The notes under the pieces were generated by a model. That model was not told the DNA's origin and made no database searches. It saw nothing but the letters and a program-made list of their open reading frames with translations. This document shows, piece after piece, positions 18,248 through 28,289 of a stretch of DNA of 64,000 bases (positions are counted from its first letter, which is position 1; the number at the start of each line of letters is the position of its first letter). The translations under genes were made by a program, and so were the position numbers. Location of the stretch: the NCBI GenBank assembly GCA_964573695.1, contig CAZNKB010000004.1, positions 14,214 to 78,213 on the forward strand, given 5' to 3'. The stretch is from an uncultured Gammaproteobacteria bacterium. Lineage in GTDB: Bacteria; Patescibacteriota; Microgenomatia; UBA10105; UBA927.

Positions 18248-20257
18248 GTGAGAAGATACTTTATGGCAGTAGCAACGCGCTTACGAACAGCGCTCCCGAC
18301 AGACAGGTTTGTTTTGGTTTTTTTTGTTTTGTTGTTTTTGGCGCTTTTTTTTGGTGATGGAAAACAAGCCGTTGTTGAGGTTTATGGCGCCGCCGTTGTG
18401 TTGATGATTTGGTTTTTTCGTTTGTCACAGATTAACGCCCCTATTAGTAAGCTCCCCCGCCTGGTCGCCAATTCCTGGATTTTTGTGTTTATTGCGGCGA
18501 CACTATCAACACTAACGTCCGATAGTGTTGGATTTTCAATTTCTTGGGGCGTCCGGCTCCTAAGCGGTTTTCTCGTATATCAGGTGTTTTATGATTTGTC
18601 CTCGGCGCGTATTGAGACGGCCGTTTCCCGCAGTATGATTGCGGTCGCCGCCGCCGCGACCACCACCTCGTTGATTTTTGGTCTTTTTCCATGGTTTCAA
18701 TCGGTGCTCCCCTCCATGAACTTAATCAGCAGAAGTTACGGACACAGTCACCTGGCAGATCTTCTTGTTTTTGTTTTTCCCTTGGTGTGGGGAGCCGTTG
18801 TCTCACAACAGTTTTTTCGCGGTGCGGCAGTAATGCTTTTGTATTCGGGGGCGTTGTTGTTTACGCTGGCTCGAACAGCCTGGATTGTTGTTTTTGGAGG
18901 TGTTTTTGTGAGCGCGTTTTACCTGAGGAAAATTCAAATCAAAGCACTCCTTGTTCTCGCTCTTTGTTTTGGGATAGTTTTGTGCGTGGTGTTTTTTGGA
19001 AAATCATACCTGATAAAGAAAGGAACCCCTCTGCAATCCTACACAAGGCCAGAGTCGGTCGCTTTCCGGGTTGAATACTGGAACCAGGCGCTCAAGGGTT
19101 TTATGGAGCGTCCAATTACAGGAAACGGGCCGGGAACGTTTTCTCTCGTTTCCACCCGGTTTCAAAAACATCCACTCTCCGCCTCGTGGTTTGCGCATAG
19201 TCAGCCGCTTCAGTTGCTGGCGGAACAGGGAGCTGTTGGTTTTTTGGCGTTTGGCGGATTATTACTCTCTCATGTTTTGATTTGGTACAAAGAGAAATCG
19301 AAATTTAAAAAGGGCGCCACAACAGAAGCGCTTATTTTGGGGTGTGCTCTTGTTGTGGGGTATGGCCTTTTTGAATACGTTCTTGATTACTTTGTCATAT
19401 GGATCATGCTCTTTGCTGTGGCGGGGTTGATTACCGGGAGAATTGCAGAAAAAAAGGCGGAGCCCGGCGCAATTGGGGTCAAAATCGCACTTATCGTTAT
19501 CGGTGTGTACTATATTCTTTGGGTGAGCAGTAACGGAGCTGCGTTACTTTCGAAAAAATATGACGCCGCGTTTCTTCTCGCTCCTTTTGATGCCCCCCAA
19601 ACACTGCTTTATCTTGATAAAAACACAGGGAATCTAGGTCACACGACCCGGTCGTTGGCGTTGTTTTTTCACAAGAGAAACCCACAGATTCTTGACGCCC
19701 TGAGTAAGGATGCGCAAAAAACAGGAGATCACGACAAGTCGCTAGCGCTTGCTAAGCTCGCTTTGTACGCCGACCCACAAAACTTAGAATTACTATCGCG
19801 ATATTTTTCCTTGCATTCTTTGTCGGGAAGCGTATATACCGGGGAGGAAATGCTGGAGTTTTTGAAGTACGCGCTCCCCGACCGTTATGGATCCTATGCG
19901 GAGTCATTTTCACCGTATGTTAAAGAGATAAATGACGCAACACACGATATTTTTACAACACCCGAGCCGCTTCGCGAGGGGGTTGTGTCCCTTTTATATT
20001 TAATTGGACTAAAACAGCTGCATGATCGTCCCCATATCACACTTCTGTTTTGGAATCTGGCAAAAGACATAAGCCCGGATTACGCGGCCATGTATATAGA
20101 GTTGGCCATGTACTATCAACACATTGAGCACAACGATAAGAAAGCACAGGAGGTATTGCGTGAATGCGCAACTCGAGAGTCTCCTCGGGACCAGTGCCGC
20201 GCCTTTTTTGACACGGAGCTTCTTCCCCCGGGAGATTACTATGAGGCGATGAGGTAG
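18248..20257 (+). CDS. Wzy_C/O-antigen-ligase-family polytopic membrane protein with a C-terminal TPR-like soluble domain
   Basis: At least ten transmembrane helices. Contains HSQPLQLLAEQGAVGFLAF, a Wzy_C-like loop. The C-terminal ~230 aa are helical-repeat rich. Confidence 0.55.
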   Translation: MRRYFMAVATRLRTALPTDRFVLVFFVLLFLALFFGDGKQAVVEVYGAAVVLMIWFFRLSQINAPISKLPRLVANSWIFVFIAATLSTLTSDSVGFSISWGVRLLSGFLVYQVFYDLSSARIETAVSRSMIAVAAAATTTSLIFGLFPWFQSVLPSMNLISRSYGHSHLADLLVFVFPLVWGAVVSQQFFRGAAVMLLYSGALLFTLARTAWIVVFGGVFVSAFYLRKIQIKALLVLALCFGIVLCVVFFGKSYLIKKGTPLQSYTRPESVAFRVEYWNQALKGFMERPITGNGPGTFSLVSTRFQKHPLSASWFAHSQPLQLLAEQGAVGFLAFGGLLLSHVLIWYKEKSKFKKGATTEALILGCALVVGYGLFEYVLDYFVIWIMLFAVAGLITGRIAEKKAEPGAIGVKIALIVIGVYYILWVSSNGAALLSKKYDAAFLLAPFDAPQTLLYLDKNTGNLGHTTRSLALFFHKRNPQILDALSKDAQKTGDHDKSLALAKLALYADPQNLELLSRYFSLHSLSGSVYTGEEMLEFLKYALPDRYGSYAESFSPYVKEINDATHDIFTTPEPLREGVVSLLYLIGLKQLHDRPHITLLFWNLAKDISPDYAAMYIELAMYYQHIEHNDKKAQEVLRECATRESPRDQCRAFFDTELLPPGDYYEAMR

Positions 20258-20326
20258 CGCTTCTTGTTTTTGGCGCACCGTGTAAAATGGTAACGAATAT
20301 TGCCCGCGTGTGCTACACTTTACCGT

Positions 20327-21148
20327 ATGAAAATCGAACTCAAGTCATCCCGAAAGCCATTTATTACCAAAATAGACATTGTTATCTTGTTGTGCATCAT
20401 TGCTCTCCTGGCATCCGTCGGAGTTGCGGTAAAGCTTGTGCTTCAAAAAGACACATTTGTCACTGTTGAGTTATTGGCATCCGGCGGCGAATGGTGGTGG
20501 GGCGTTCCCCCTCCATATTACTGGAACGCAAAAAGCGTCGTGATCGGAGCGAAGGAGTACGATACATTCAAAAAACCAACCGCCGAAATAGTTGACTTGG
20601 TGAAATACGGTGAGGACGATCGGAAGTTTATGTGGATGAGGGTCCGTTTGCGCGCGAAATATAATTATCTTACAAAAGAGTACATTTTCCGTCAGGAGTC
20701 CCTGCAGATAGGTAAAACGATTCACATTGCCCCCAACAATGTCGCGCTGGTTGGGAACGTTGTTGGGATAGAGGGGGTGGGCACCCTGTGGGACACAGAA
20801 TATTTACAAATCACGGGCAAGGCGATACACATAAAAGATTGGGAGGCGGAAGCGATACAAATCGGAGTAAAAGCGGTCGATAGCAAGGGTGATGTTGTGG
20901 CGGAAATACTTGATAAATATACGGAACAAGAAGATATTACGACAACAACATGGACGGGAGAGCCTCTTCACAAAAAAGATCCGAATTTCAAAAATGTGAC
21001 GGTCACAATGAGAATCCGCGCGGTAAAAGACGGCACCATGCGTTATTTTAACTACAACCAGCCGATTTCAATAGGAAACAAAATACGCATACAATTTCCT
21101 ACGACCGCCGTAGAAGTGAATATTATGAGCGCTAGACCCGCACAATAG
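20327..21148 (+). CDS. Hypothetical protein with an N-terminal transmembrane anchor (extracytoplasmic beta-rich domain)
   Basis: ORF with the internal start MKIELKSSRKPFITKIDIVILLCIIALLASVGVAV. No motif was recognised. Confidence 0.4.
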   Translation: MKIELKSSRKPFITKIDIVILLCIIALLASVGVAVKLVLQKDTFVTVELLASGGEWWWGVPPPYYWNAKSVVIGAKEYDTFKKPTAEIVDLVKYGEDDRKFMWMRVRLRAKYNYLTKEYIFRQESLQIGKTIHIAPNNVALVGNVVGIEGVGTLWDTEYLQITGKAIHIKDWEAEAIQIGVKAVDSKGDVVAEILDKYTEQEDITTTTWTGEPLHKKDPNFKNVTVTMRIRAVKDGTMRYFNYNQPISIGNKIRIQFPTTAVEVNIMSARPAQ

Positions 21149-21932
21149 GCTTCTTTTGCGCAACAAAATAAACACTCCACGATGTCAGGCCGGCTTTCCG
21201 AAGTGGAACACCAAGCTCACCCCATGAAATAATCTGTAGCCCCACCCGAGACGCAAAAGCAGCTATTTCGGGAAAAAAATAATATCGAAGAACGTGATCC
21301 TCGCTCACCCGACGGACAGGTCCGTTCTTAGGCTGAATAGTTAGCGAGTGGTGCACGTGAACGGTGTTAGTCAGGCGAGTAAGCGAGGGGGTTTTTTTCC
21401 TGGTAATAGAAAATTCGGGAGTATTATATGATTGCGTCATATTTTTCGGTTTAGAAGAAAGGACCCCCGGGCCATGCCAGCAGTCGAAAATAAAGACTCC
21501 TCCCGGCCTGAGTTGTTTGGCAGCGGTTTTGAAAAAACGTGTCGCGTCGCGATCCGTTGTCATGTAGCTTAGTACGTCAAAAAGCGACACAACGCTATCA
21601 AACTGACCGGTTTTGTTATACGTGAGGATGTCAGAAACCACATAGGAGATCGCCGCCTTTGCCTTGTCTGCCTTTGTTCTGGCGATGTGTATCATGTTTG
21701 CCGATTTGTCGACGCCAGTTACCTCGTATCCAAGGCGTGCAAAGGCAAGAGCGTATGACCCTGTTCCGCAACCAAGATCAAGAAGTGTCGGGTGTTGGAT
21801 ATCGGGAAGAAGTTTTTGGAGCAATTTTGCCATGAGAAAAGTATTTTTCTTTATGTTACGGGAAGCGTATATTGCGTCATAGTATGGCGCTGTTTTCGTA
21901 AACACATTTTTGTTGGTATTTTGATGTTTCAT
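21132..21932 (-). CDS. Class I SAM-dependent methyltransferase
   Basis: LLDLGCGTGSYALAFARLGYEVTGVDKS, the motif I GxGxG. Confidence 0.7.
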   Translation of the reverse strand: MKHQNTNKNVFTKTAPYYDAIYASRNIKKNTFLMAKLLQKLLPDIQHPTLLDLGCGTGSYALAFARLGYEVTGVDKSANMIHIARTKADKAKAAISYVVSDILTYNKTGQFDSVVSLFDVLSYMTTDRDATRFFKTAAKQLRPGGVFIFDCWHGPGVLSSKPKNMTQSYNTPEFSITRKKTPSLTRLTNTVHVHHSLTIQPKNGPVRRVSEDHVLRYYFFPEIAAFASRVGLQIISWGELGVPLRKAGLTSWSVYFVAQKKPIVRV

Positions 21933-23107
21933 GTTTCAAGCGAGGAGATTGTCCGCACGAGGATTGAAGCGGTTGTGGTCCAGTCAAAGCGGGATTTTAT
22001 ATATTGCCTGGCTGCCAGCCTCATTTTTTGACTGGTAGCCGGCGGCAATCGGAAAGCAGAAGATAGCACATCGCCCGCCTGCGTATGGTTATGGGGATCA
22101 ATATAAAATCCGGTTTTCCCATGAAGTATTTCGCGGTCGTCTCCTCTGCTTCGTATTACCGGGGTGCCGCAGGACTGCGCTTCTAAGACCGAAAGACTTG
22201 CTGTAGATCCCCCTGCGCATTCGGGTGAGCCGGTATAAACAAAAAAATCGAGAGACCGATAGAATTTCGGCAAGTCCTGCTCCTTGATGTTCCCAATAAA
22301 CTTTACAAGTTTATCTATTCCGGCGCGCTTCATAAAACGCAGGTATTTTATTTTTACGTCTCGATCAGGGATGCTTTCTGATATTTTTGCTCGCACCGGT
22401 AAGCCCCGGGAATGGAGATCGGCTACGATGCCGAGAAAATCTTCGGTGCCCTTAAATATCGTGTAGTCCGTGCTGTGTCCCAAGAGAAACCTGCGGGTTT
22501 TTAAGCGATGAGACGGCGCGTACGAAAAAGCCGCACAGTCGACGCCGTTAGGAAGATACACGTCAGGCTTTCTTCCGTAGGTATCCATAATATATTGTTC
22601 GACGGACGGGCCAAGAGACGTAAGAATAGCAGAAGCGTTATATGCCCATTTGTCTAAGTGGGCATAGAAAAATTTTGCTACTGCGACACAAAATCGGGAA
22701 AACGGCGTTAAAGAAGATATTCTAATTGGGTCGTAAAAAATAGCGAGCGGCTCAAAACAATGACAAATCGCTTTGGAAGAAATAATGACAGACAAAAAAT
22801 TCATCGGGAAATTTGTTGCAAACAAAACATCACCCTGTTTTACCGTTTTTTTAAGTTGAAAGAAATTTACCATGAGCGTAAGCGGGAGAAGCAGCCAGAA
22901 TAATTTTGGCGGCGTCCATAAGAGCCTCACCTGCACACGCACGTCGTTGTAGCGCCTGCGCCAATACGGACTAATACGGTGAAGGTATAATGTAACATCA
23001 TGAGACTCTCTAACCCGCTTGAGCAGTTCAAAAAGGTATTTCTCCCCTCCTCTGGAATATATGCTTTCCGTGTGTAACACATGAAGGCGTCGCTTTGTCG
23101 AAATCAT
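21929..23107 (-). CDS. Glycosyltransferase family 4 (GT-B, retaining)
   Basis: C-terminal segment FVYTGSPECAGGSTASLSVLEAQSCGTPVI (the E-x7-E / GT1-GT4 motif). The start was moved to the internal Met MISTKRR at 23107 so that it abuts the upstream permease stop. Confidence 0.65.
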   Translation of the reverse strand: MISTKRRLHVLHTESIYSRGGEKYLFELLKRVRESHDVTLYLHRISPYWRRRYNDVRVQVRLLWTPPKLFWLLLPLTLMVNFFQLKKTVKQGDVLFATNFPMNFLSVIISSKAICHCFEPLAIFYDPIRISSLTPFSRFCVAVAKFFYAHLDKWAYNASAILTSLGPSVEQYIMDTYGRKPDVYLPNGVDCAAFSYAPSHRLKTRRFLLGHSTDYTIFKGTEDFLGIVADLHSRGLPVRAKISESIPDRDVKIKYLRFMKRAGIDKLVKFIGNIKEQDLPKFYRSLDFFVYTGSPECAGGSTASLSVLEAQSCGTPVIRSRGDDREILHGKTGFYIDPHNHTQAGDVLSSAFRLPPATSQKMRLAARQYIKSRFDWTTTASILVRTISSLET

Positions 23108-23886
23108 ATTTTTGTAAAAGTCCCGAAACGTTTCGCGACGCGAAACGCCAGGGAAACGGATATCGCTCCGGCGATTGTGTATCCTGCAATAAGCCACACC
23201 GCTTTATCGAGAGACAGATATTGCGCGGGGTATGATCGTATGGATTCGAATACATACGATGAGGGTACAGCATATGATATGTGCTGTAGCACCGGCGGCA
23301 GCGCCGTGCGTTCATAGAACACCAGCGAAAAAATTTGTAGAACAGTGCTCAATAACCAACCTATAAATCCTACCCGTTCTCCGAACAAGCAAATTGCCGC
23401 AATAGCATATAACGATAGCGAGATGCCAACCAATTCAAGCAGGATAATCCAGAGGAATACCTGCGGACCGAACGTGAGCACAAACGACGGATAAATAAGT
23501 ACTAGGATGAGGCCAAGCACCGTTAGAGAGATTATTATTTTTGTCAGCGAAGCGGCGGTAATTCCAGTAATGAGCTCCGTAAGACTTATCGGGGTTATGA
23601 GAAGGCTTTGAATATTTTTTGAAGCGAAGTCATCAATAAATTGGGCGGTCGTTTCCTGAATAATGCGGGCGGTGCAATTCCAGTAAACGATTCCAGTAAG
23701 AATGTTTAGGGTGATGGTCGCCCCCACTTGCGATTGATCAAGCTGCGAGGAGGCAAGAATGGCAAACAAGACGACTTCTATTCCCGGCCAGATCAGTATT
23801 TCAATGATTCGGGCGGGATTTCTCCTCATTGAATAGAGATAGTGCAGGTATAGCCCCAATAGTCTTTTGGGTGAAAAGTTAAACAT
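23104..23886 (-). CDS. ABC-2 type polysaccharide/teichoic-acid exporter permease (Wzm/TagG-like)
   Basis: Six transmembrane helices and ABC-2 topology. Located directly downstream of an ABC ATPase. Start taken at MFNFSP (23886). The longer start at 23913 is also possible. Confidence 0.65.
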   Translation of the reverse strand: MFNFSPKRLLGLYLHYLYSMRRNPARIIEILIWPGIEVVLFAILASSQLDQSQVGATITLNILTGIVYWNCTARIIQETTAQFIDDFASKNIQSLLITPISLTELITGITAASLTKIIISLTVLGLILVLIYPSFVLTFGPQVFLWIILLELVGISLSLYAIAAICLFGERVGFIGWLLSTVLQIFSLVFYERTALPPVLQHISYAVPSSYVFESIRSYPAQYLSLDKAVWLIAGYTIAGAISVSLAFRVAKRFGTFTKI

Positions 23887-24559
23887 AATATTGTCTCGCC
23901 TGAGAAGACACAAGCGGTTTTCCGTCGTAAACCAGTGAACCTTTCGACAGTATGATCATGCGCGTGCAAAACGACCGTATCTCATCGGGGTTTTGCGATA
24001 CGAGCATGGTTATTTTTGAGTGGGTATTTCTGTTTTTGAGATAGTCGTGTGTTTTGTGGGTAAGTATGGGATCCATGTGGGCGGTTATTTCATCGAGCAA
24101 CAATATTTTAGGATTGTTTATGAGGGATTTTGCCAGATTTACAAAAGAATTTTCTCCGGATGAAAGCCGGTAGACTTTTTTGTGAAAGAGCGATTCTTGC
24201 ATGCTGAAATGTTTCCAAAGTGAGATCAGGTACTTCCTTGTGTCCGCTCTATTGTATAGCAACCCATAAGTGGTGAGGTTTTCCATAACGGTAGCGTACC
24301 CGCTTAGCCGCTGGCTGGAAGATGCATAGTTGAGGAGTTGCAGAACTTGTTGGCGGTGCTGAGTCAGTGATAGGCCCGTGATCGAAACGAAGCCCTTGTC
24401 AGGATCCATGAGGCCACTCATGATGTGAAGCAGCGTTGATTTCCCTGCGCCGACTGATCCGGCTATTCCAACAATCTCGCCCGGACGCACGGAAAGTGAT
24501 ACATTTGATAAAATGAGTTTTCTGCCCAGTGTTTTTGCTACAGATGTAAGTTCAATCAT
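23879..24559 (-). CDS. ABC transporter ATP-binding protein (Wzt/TagH-like, short form without a C-terminal carbohydrate-binding domain)
   Basis: Walker A motif GIAGSVGAGKSTLLHIMSG. ABC signature LSSGENSFVNLAKSL. Walker B motif ILLLDEITAHMD. Confidence 0.8.
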   Translation of the reverse strand: MIELTSVAKTLGRKLILSNVSLSVRPGEIVGIAGSVGAGKSTLLHIMSGLMDPDKGFVSITGLSLTQHRQQVLQLLNYASSSQRLSGYATVMENLTTYGLLYNRADTRKYLISLWKHFSMQESLFHKKVYRLSSGENSFVNLAKSLINNPKILLLDEITAHMDPILTHKTHDYLKNRNTHSKITMLVSQNPDEIRSFCTRMIILSKGSLVYDGKPLVSSQARQYYV

Positions 24560-25934
24560 GAAACGAAAATATGCGGATTTTTTTCATGGCCTAGCCCGTA
24601 TCACGGATAGATTATATCTGAGGGCGTATTATCCGACAATAATGTATGGAGCCACATTCGCACTGACGGCGCTTTCGGTGCTTTTTGTCTTTTCGCTCCC
24701 TGCGCCTCTTCGACCGAAAACCAGCATCGGGCTCATGACGCTTATTTCAGCTACTGCGTTTGGGCTCATGATGTACATAAGGGGGCGCCGTTTGACATGG
24801 TTGCATCCAAAGATGTGGGAGCCGATTTATTATGCGGTGTTTAGTTATGTCACGGCAGTGTTGTTGTCTTTGGTGTTTACGAAAACTATTCAGGACACGA
24901 CGCCGCTTAAGCTGCTCTTGTCAGGAGTGGCACTTTTTTTGATCGCAGGAGAGCTTAAACCTACCGAACAGATGAAACGAACCGGCATACACGTCCTGGG
25001 ATTTGTGGCGGTTGGTATCGCCACGCTTGGATTGTTGCAAACGATATTTCCCGATTTCATGAATATGATTGCAAAAGGTTTTTTACAAGGAAGAAACGCT
25101 TACGGTATCGCAATTGAGTTCAATAGGGGTCGATTGCTTCATTGGGGAGCCCTTGTTTTCGTTTTTCCATTTTTTTATGCATCAGCGCTTCTTGTGTCGT
25201 GGAAAAAAGAGTTTTGGACAACAATCTATGTTGTATATGGATACGCAATCACTTTTATGGTTATGGCGGTGTCGAATTTTCGCTGGTTATTTGTTGTGTT
25301 TTTGGTGGTTTCAGTGGGATTCGGTTTATATGCAAAGCGAGCGAAACTCATATCGGGAAAAAAATTGTATTATATCGGGCTTGCGATCGCGCTTACGTTT
25401 GTAGCGGGAATGATCCTGGCGAACGCCGTATTCGGGTACAATCTTTTGGACCGATTCTTACTGAAGGACGCACACCGGGATGTTACAGAATCATTAGGGA
25501 GGGTTACTCTCTATAATCAGGCGCTTACCGTTTTTCAGGCGTACCCGGTTTTCGGCGCCGGGTATGGTAATTATTTTTCTGTGGTGTGGCCATTTCCTCA
25601 TATGCAGTATTTTTCCATTTTTGATCAATTCGAACCGTTCCCTGTGCCCATTGCCGCGCACAATGAGTTCTATACTGTGCTCGCTGAAACCGGTATTGTC
25701 GGATTTATCAGCTATTTATTGCTGGTGTATTTTATTGGTAAGCGCTTGTTTTTGCTCGTCTCAAACGTTTATTTAGGCCGGACGGATAAAGTTTTTGTCT
25801 TGGCGCTTGCATCCTCATATGTTGCCATTTGTCTCTATATACTGTTTGAAAATATGTACCCCCAAAACATTGCATACCTGTTGTTCGTGGGAATAGTTGC
25901 TCACCGGTGGATTACTCCGGATACAACGTCATGA
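24558..25934 (+). CDS. Wzy_C/O-antigen-ligase-family polytopic membrane protein
   Basis: About 11 transmembrane helices. Contains YNQALTVFQAYPVFGAGYGNYF, a Wzy_C-type periplasmic loop. Start chosen at MKRKYADFF. The ORF-track start at 24513 overlaps the divergent ATPase gene. Confidence 0.55.
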   Translation: MKRKYADFFHGLARITDRLYLRAYYPTIMYGATFALTALSVLFVFSLPAPLRPKTSIGLMTLISATAFGLMMYIRGRRLTWLHPKMWEPIYYAVFSYVTAVLLSLVFTKTIQDTTPLKLLLSGVALFLIAGELKPTEQMKRTGIHVLGFVAVGIATLGLLQTIFPDFMNMIAKGFLQGRNAYGIAIEFNRGRLLHWGALVFVFPFFYASALLVSWKKEFWTTIYVVYGYAITFMVMAVSNFRWLFVVFLVVSVGFGLYAKRAKLISGKKLYYIGLAIALTFVAGMILANAVFGYNLLDRFLLKDAHRDVTESLGRVTLYNQALTVFQAYPVFGAGYGNYFSVVWPFPHMQYFSIFDQFEPFPVPIAAHNEFYTVLAETGIVGFISYLLLVYFIGKRLFLLVSNVYLGRTDKVFVLALASSYVAICLYILFENMYPQNIAYLLFVGIVAHRWITPDTTS

Positions 25935-26917
25935 AACACATGGACAAAACCACGGTGACCGTTCAAATCGTAACCCACAATAATTCCAGCACAATTGGAG
26001 ATTGTATCCGATCGGTGCTGAAGCAGAGGTACAAAAATATATCATTTGTTGTGATAGACAATGCGTCCACTGACGGGACACAACAAATACTCCGCCGTTT
26101 TAGAGTTCAGACGATACTATTGACTCGAAATATCGGATACGCCGCGGCACACAATATAGCGTTGCGGCGTTTCACAGGAGAATATGTACTTACGCTAAAT
26201 CCCGATATTGTCATAGATAGGGATTTTGTTGGCGGGTTGGTACACGCGCTTGAACATGCGCCCTCAGACGTCGGGTCGGCGCAAGCGTTATTATATCGGG
26301 TGGAAAAATTGACAGCACGTTCTCAGACGATAGACAGCGCAGGTATATATATGAATGTGTTTCGTCGCCAGAATCTTCGTTTTGGGGGGACAAATAAAAA
26401 AACGCATATTTTTTTGAAGGAATATATTTTTGGTCCGGACGGGGCAGCCGCGTTTTATCGTCGCGCGATGCTTGTGGATATAGACCTCGGTAACGGCATA
26501 TTTGATGAAGATTATTTCATGCACAAAGAAGATGTTGATGTGAGTTGGCGCGCTCAGCTTCGCGGTTGGAGATCTCTATTTGTGCCTGAGGCGGTCGGAT
26601 ATCATATCCGGACATTCCGTCCCGGACAGCGGATTCATGTTTCTGCGGGGCTTCGGGCACACGCGTTACGGAATAGATATTACCTCATCACAAAAAACGA
26701 TTTGGCGTTATTATGGGTGCGAGACGCATTATGGATTAGTCTTTATGATGTGGGCATTTTTTTCTACACGATGCTTCGTGAGCGTGAGTCTCTGAAGGCA
26801 TATCGGGAAGTGTTGGGGGGTTTTGGGCGTTTACTTCGGAAGCGCAAACGCATACAAGCATCCCGTAAGGCGAGTACAAGATATATGTCTCAATGGTTTC
26901 GTTGGAGGCATATATGA
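25931..26917 (+). CDS. Glycosyltransferase family 2
   Basis: TVQIVTHNNSSTIGDCIRSVLKQRYKNISFVVIDNASTDGT (GT-A fold and DxD region). There is a 4-nt overlap with the upstream gene. Confidence 0.75.
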   Translation: MKHMDKTTVTVQIVTHNNSSTIGDCIRSVLKQRYKNISFVVIDNASTDGTQQILRRFRVQTILLTRNIGYAAAHNIALRRFTGEYVLTLNPDIVIDRDFVGGLVHALEHAPSDVGSAQALLYRVEKLTARSQTIDSAGIYMNVFRRQNLRFGGTNKKTHIFLKEYIFGPDGAAAFYRRAMLVDIDLGNGIFDEDYFMHKEDVDVSWRAQLRGWRSLFVPEAVGYHIRTFRPGQRIHVSAGLRAHALRNRYYLITKNDLALLWVRDALWISLYDVGIFFYTMLRERESLKAYREVLGGFGRLLRKRKRIQASRKASTRYMSQWFRWRHI

Positions 26918-27924
26918 CTCACAAAAAGTCAGTAGTTTATGTAGGGATTGTAACGTATAACAGCGCCCCACTGATCAGGCGCTGCCTAGAGGCCATATTG
27001 AAACAGCGACATGTCGATGTCCGTGTTACCGTACTTGATAATGATTCTCGGGATCATGTTGCCCGCGTCATACGAAAATATAAGCAGAGCGTCACATTCA
27101 TTCAAAGTTCCGTAAATGTAGGATTTGGCGGAGGACATAACGCCATTCTCAATTCTTTGCATCTTCGCAACACCGATTACTATATGGCGCTTAATCCAGA
27201 CGCAAGGCTTGAGCCGGATTGTCTCGCGCGGCTCGTTGCTGCATCCAAAAGGCGCCGCGCTTCGTGGGTGACCGGAAAGCTATATAGGGATTCAGCGCAT
27301 AAAGTATTGTACAGTGTCGGACACGCCCTGCTTCGGGATGGCTACGCATTCAATATAGGATTCGGAATGACTGACCACGGTCAATACGATACACCCAGAG
27401 AAGTGTTTGGTGCTCCCGGAGCTGCCGCACTTTATCAAGGTTCCATGATACACACACTTTCGGTCCGGGGGAATTTTTTTGATCCGTCACTGTTTATGTA
27501 TTACGAGGATGTCGATATAGACTGGCGTGCTCGCGTACGCGGGCTTCGTTGCTGGTATGAGCCTTCGGCAATCGTGGTGCATCCAGGAGGAAAGTTCCCC
27601 CGCACTCTAGAGGCCGAGGTACTTGCCAATCGTTTTCTGTCCGTTTGCAAAAATGCCCTGCCGAGAGATTTGTTTTTTTACAACCTGCCTGGCATCTGCA
27701 TTCATATAGCAATGCGCCTTGCCGTTACTCCCCGTGTTGGGATCCGAGTCCTCAAAAAATGTCTTAAAGAGGCCTTCCATGTCCTCGGCGCCCGGACAAA
27801 CACCCCGGTTTCCCGTGTAGTTATGCATGGTTGGTTTTTGTGGTCATCCAAAGAATTATCCCGCCAGCCCACTTCACTGACTGATCGCGTGAATGCGTTT
27901 GCGCGCCGTCTATTGCACGCATAA
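26914..27924 (+). CDS. Glycosyltransferase family 2 (paralog of the preceding gene)
   Basis: VVYVGIVTYNSAPLIRRCLEAILKQRHVDVRVTVLDNDSRD. Same architecture as the preceding gene, which suggests a tandem paralog. Confidence 0.75.
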   Translation: MTHKKSVVYVGIVTYNSAPLIRRCLEAILKQRHVDVRVTVLDNDSRDHVARVIRKYKQSVTFIQSSVNVGFGGGHNAILNSLHLRNTDYYMALNPDARLEPDCLARLVAASKRRRASWVTGKLYRDSAHKVLYSVGHALLRDGYAFNIGFGMTDHGQYDTPREVFGAPGAAALYQGSMIHTLSVRGNFFDPSLFMYYEDVDIDWRARVRGLRCWYEPSAIVVHPGGKFPRTLEAEVLANRFLSVCKNALPRDLFFYNLPGICIHIAMRLAVTPRVGIRVLKKCLKEAFHVLGARTNTPVSRVVMHGWFLWSSKELSRQPTSLTDRVNAFARRLLHA

Positions 27925-27945
27925 GGGACATCCGATACTATACTT

Positions 27946-28287
27946 TTGTATGTTTTCCTCGATAAAGCAACTCGGGACACTTATCACAAAATCAAAAAAA
28001 ATCTGGATTATTCCTATAATTCTTTTTGTTGTTATTGTGGCGCTCCTTATTATCAGCGCTCAGATTTCCCCCCTGCCGGTATTTTTGTACCCCATTTTAT
28101 GATCGCGTTTTTTAAACGGCTCAATGCCTGGTTTATTTCTGTTGTGCTTACGGTTGTCTATTTTATCGGTGTTGGCATTGCAAGACTTCTGTATGTCGTC
28201 GGAGCTCCCAAAGAGACCACAAAGGATTCGTATTGGACACCGGCCGATAAGACACGAACCTCTGATGAATTATTAACGCCGTACTAA
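27946..28287 (+). CDS. Small hypothetical membrane protein
   Basis: 113-aa ORF with two predicted transmembrane segments. Weak support. Confidence 0.3.
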   Translation: MYVFLDKATRDTYHKIKKNLDYSYNSFCCYCGAPYYQRSDFPPAGIFVPHFMIAFFKRLNAWFISVVLTVVYFIGVGIARLLYVVGAPKETTKDSYWTPADKTRTSDELLTPY

Positions 28288-28289
28288 CG

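Noticed and set aside
24513-24559. Using the ORF-track starts where divergent or tandem genes overlap by tens of nt (24513, 21929-23197 upper part, 14393, 46914)
   Set aside because: Internal Met codons give compact arrangements, abutting or 4-nt overlapping, that fit the rest of the operon structure. The longer N-termini add no recognisable sequence.
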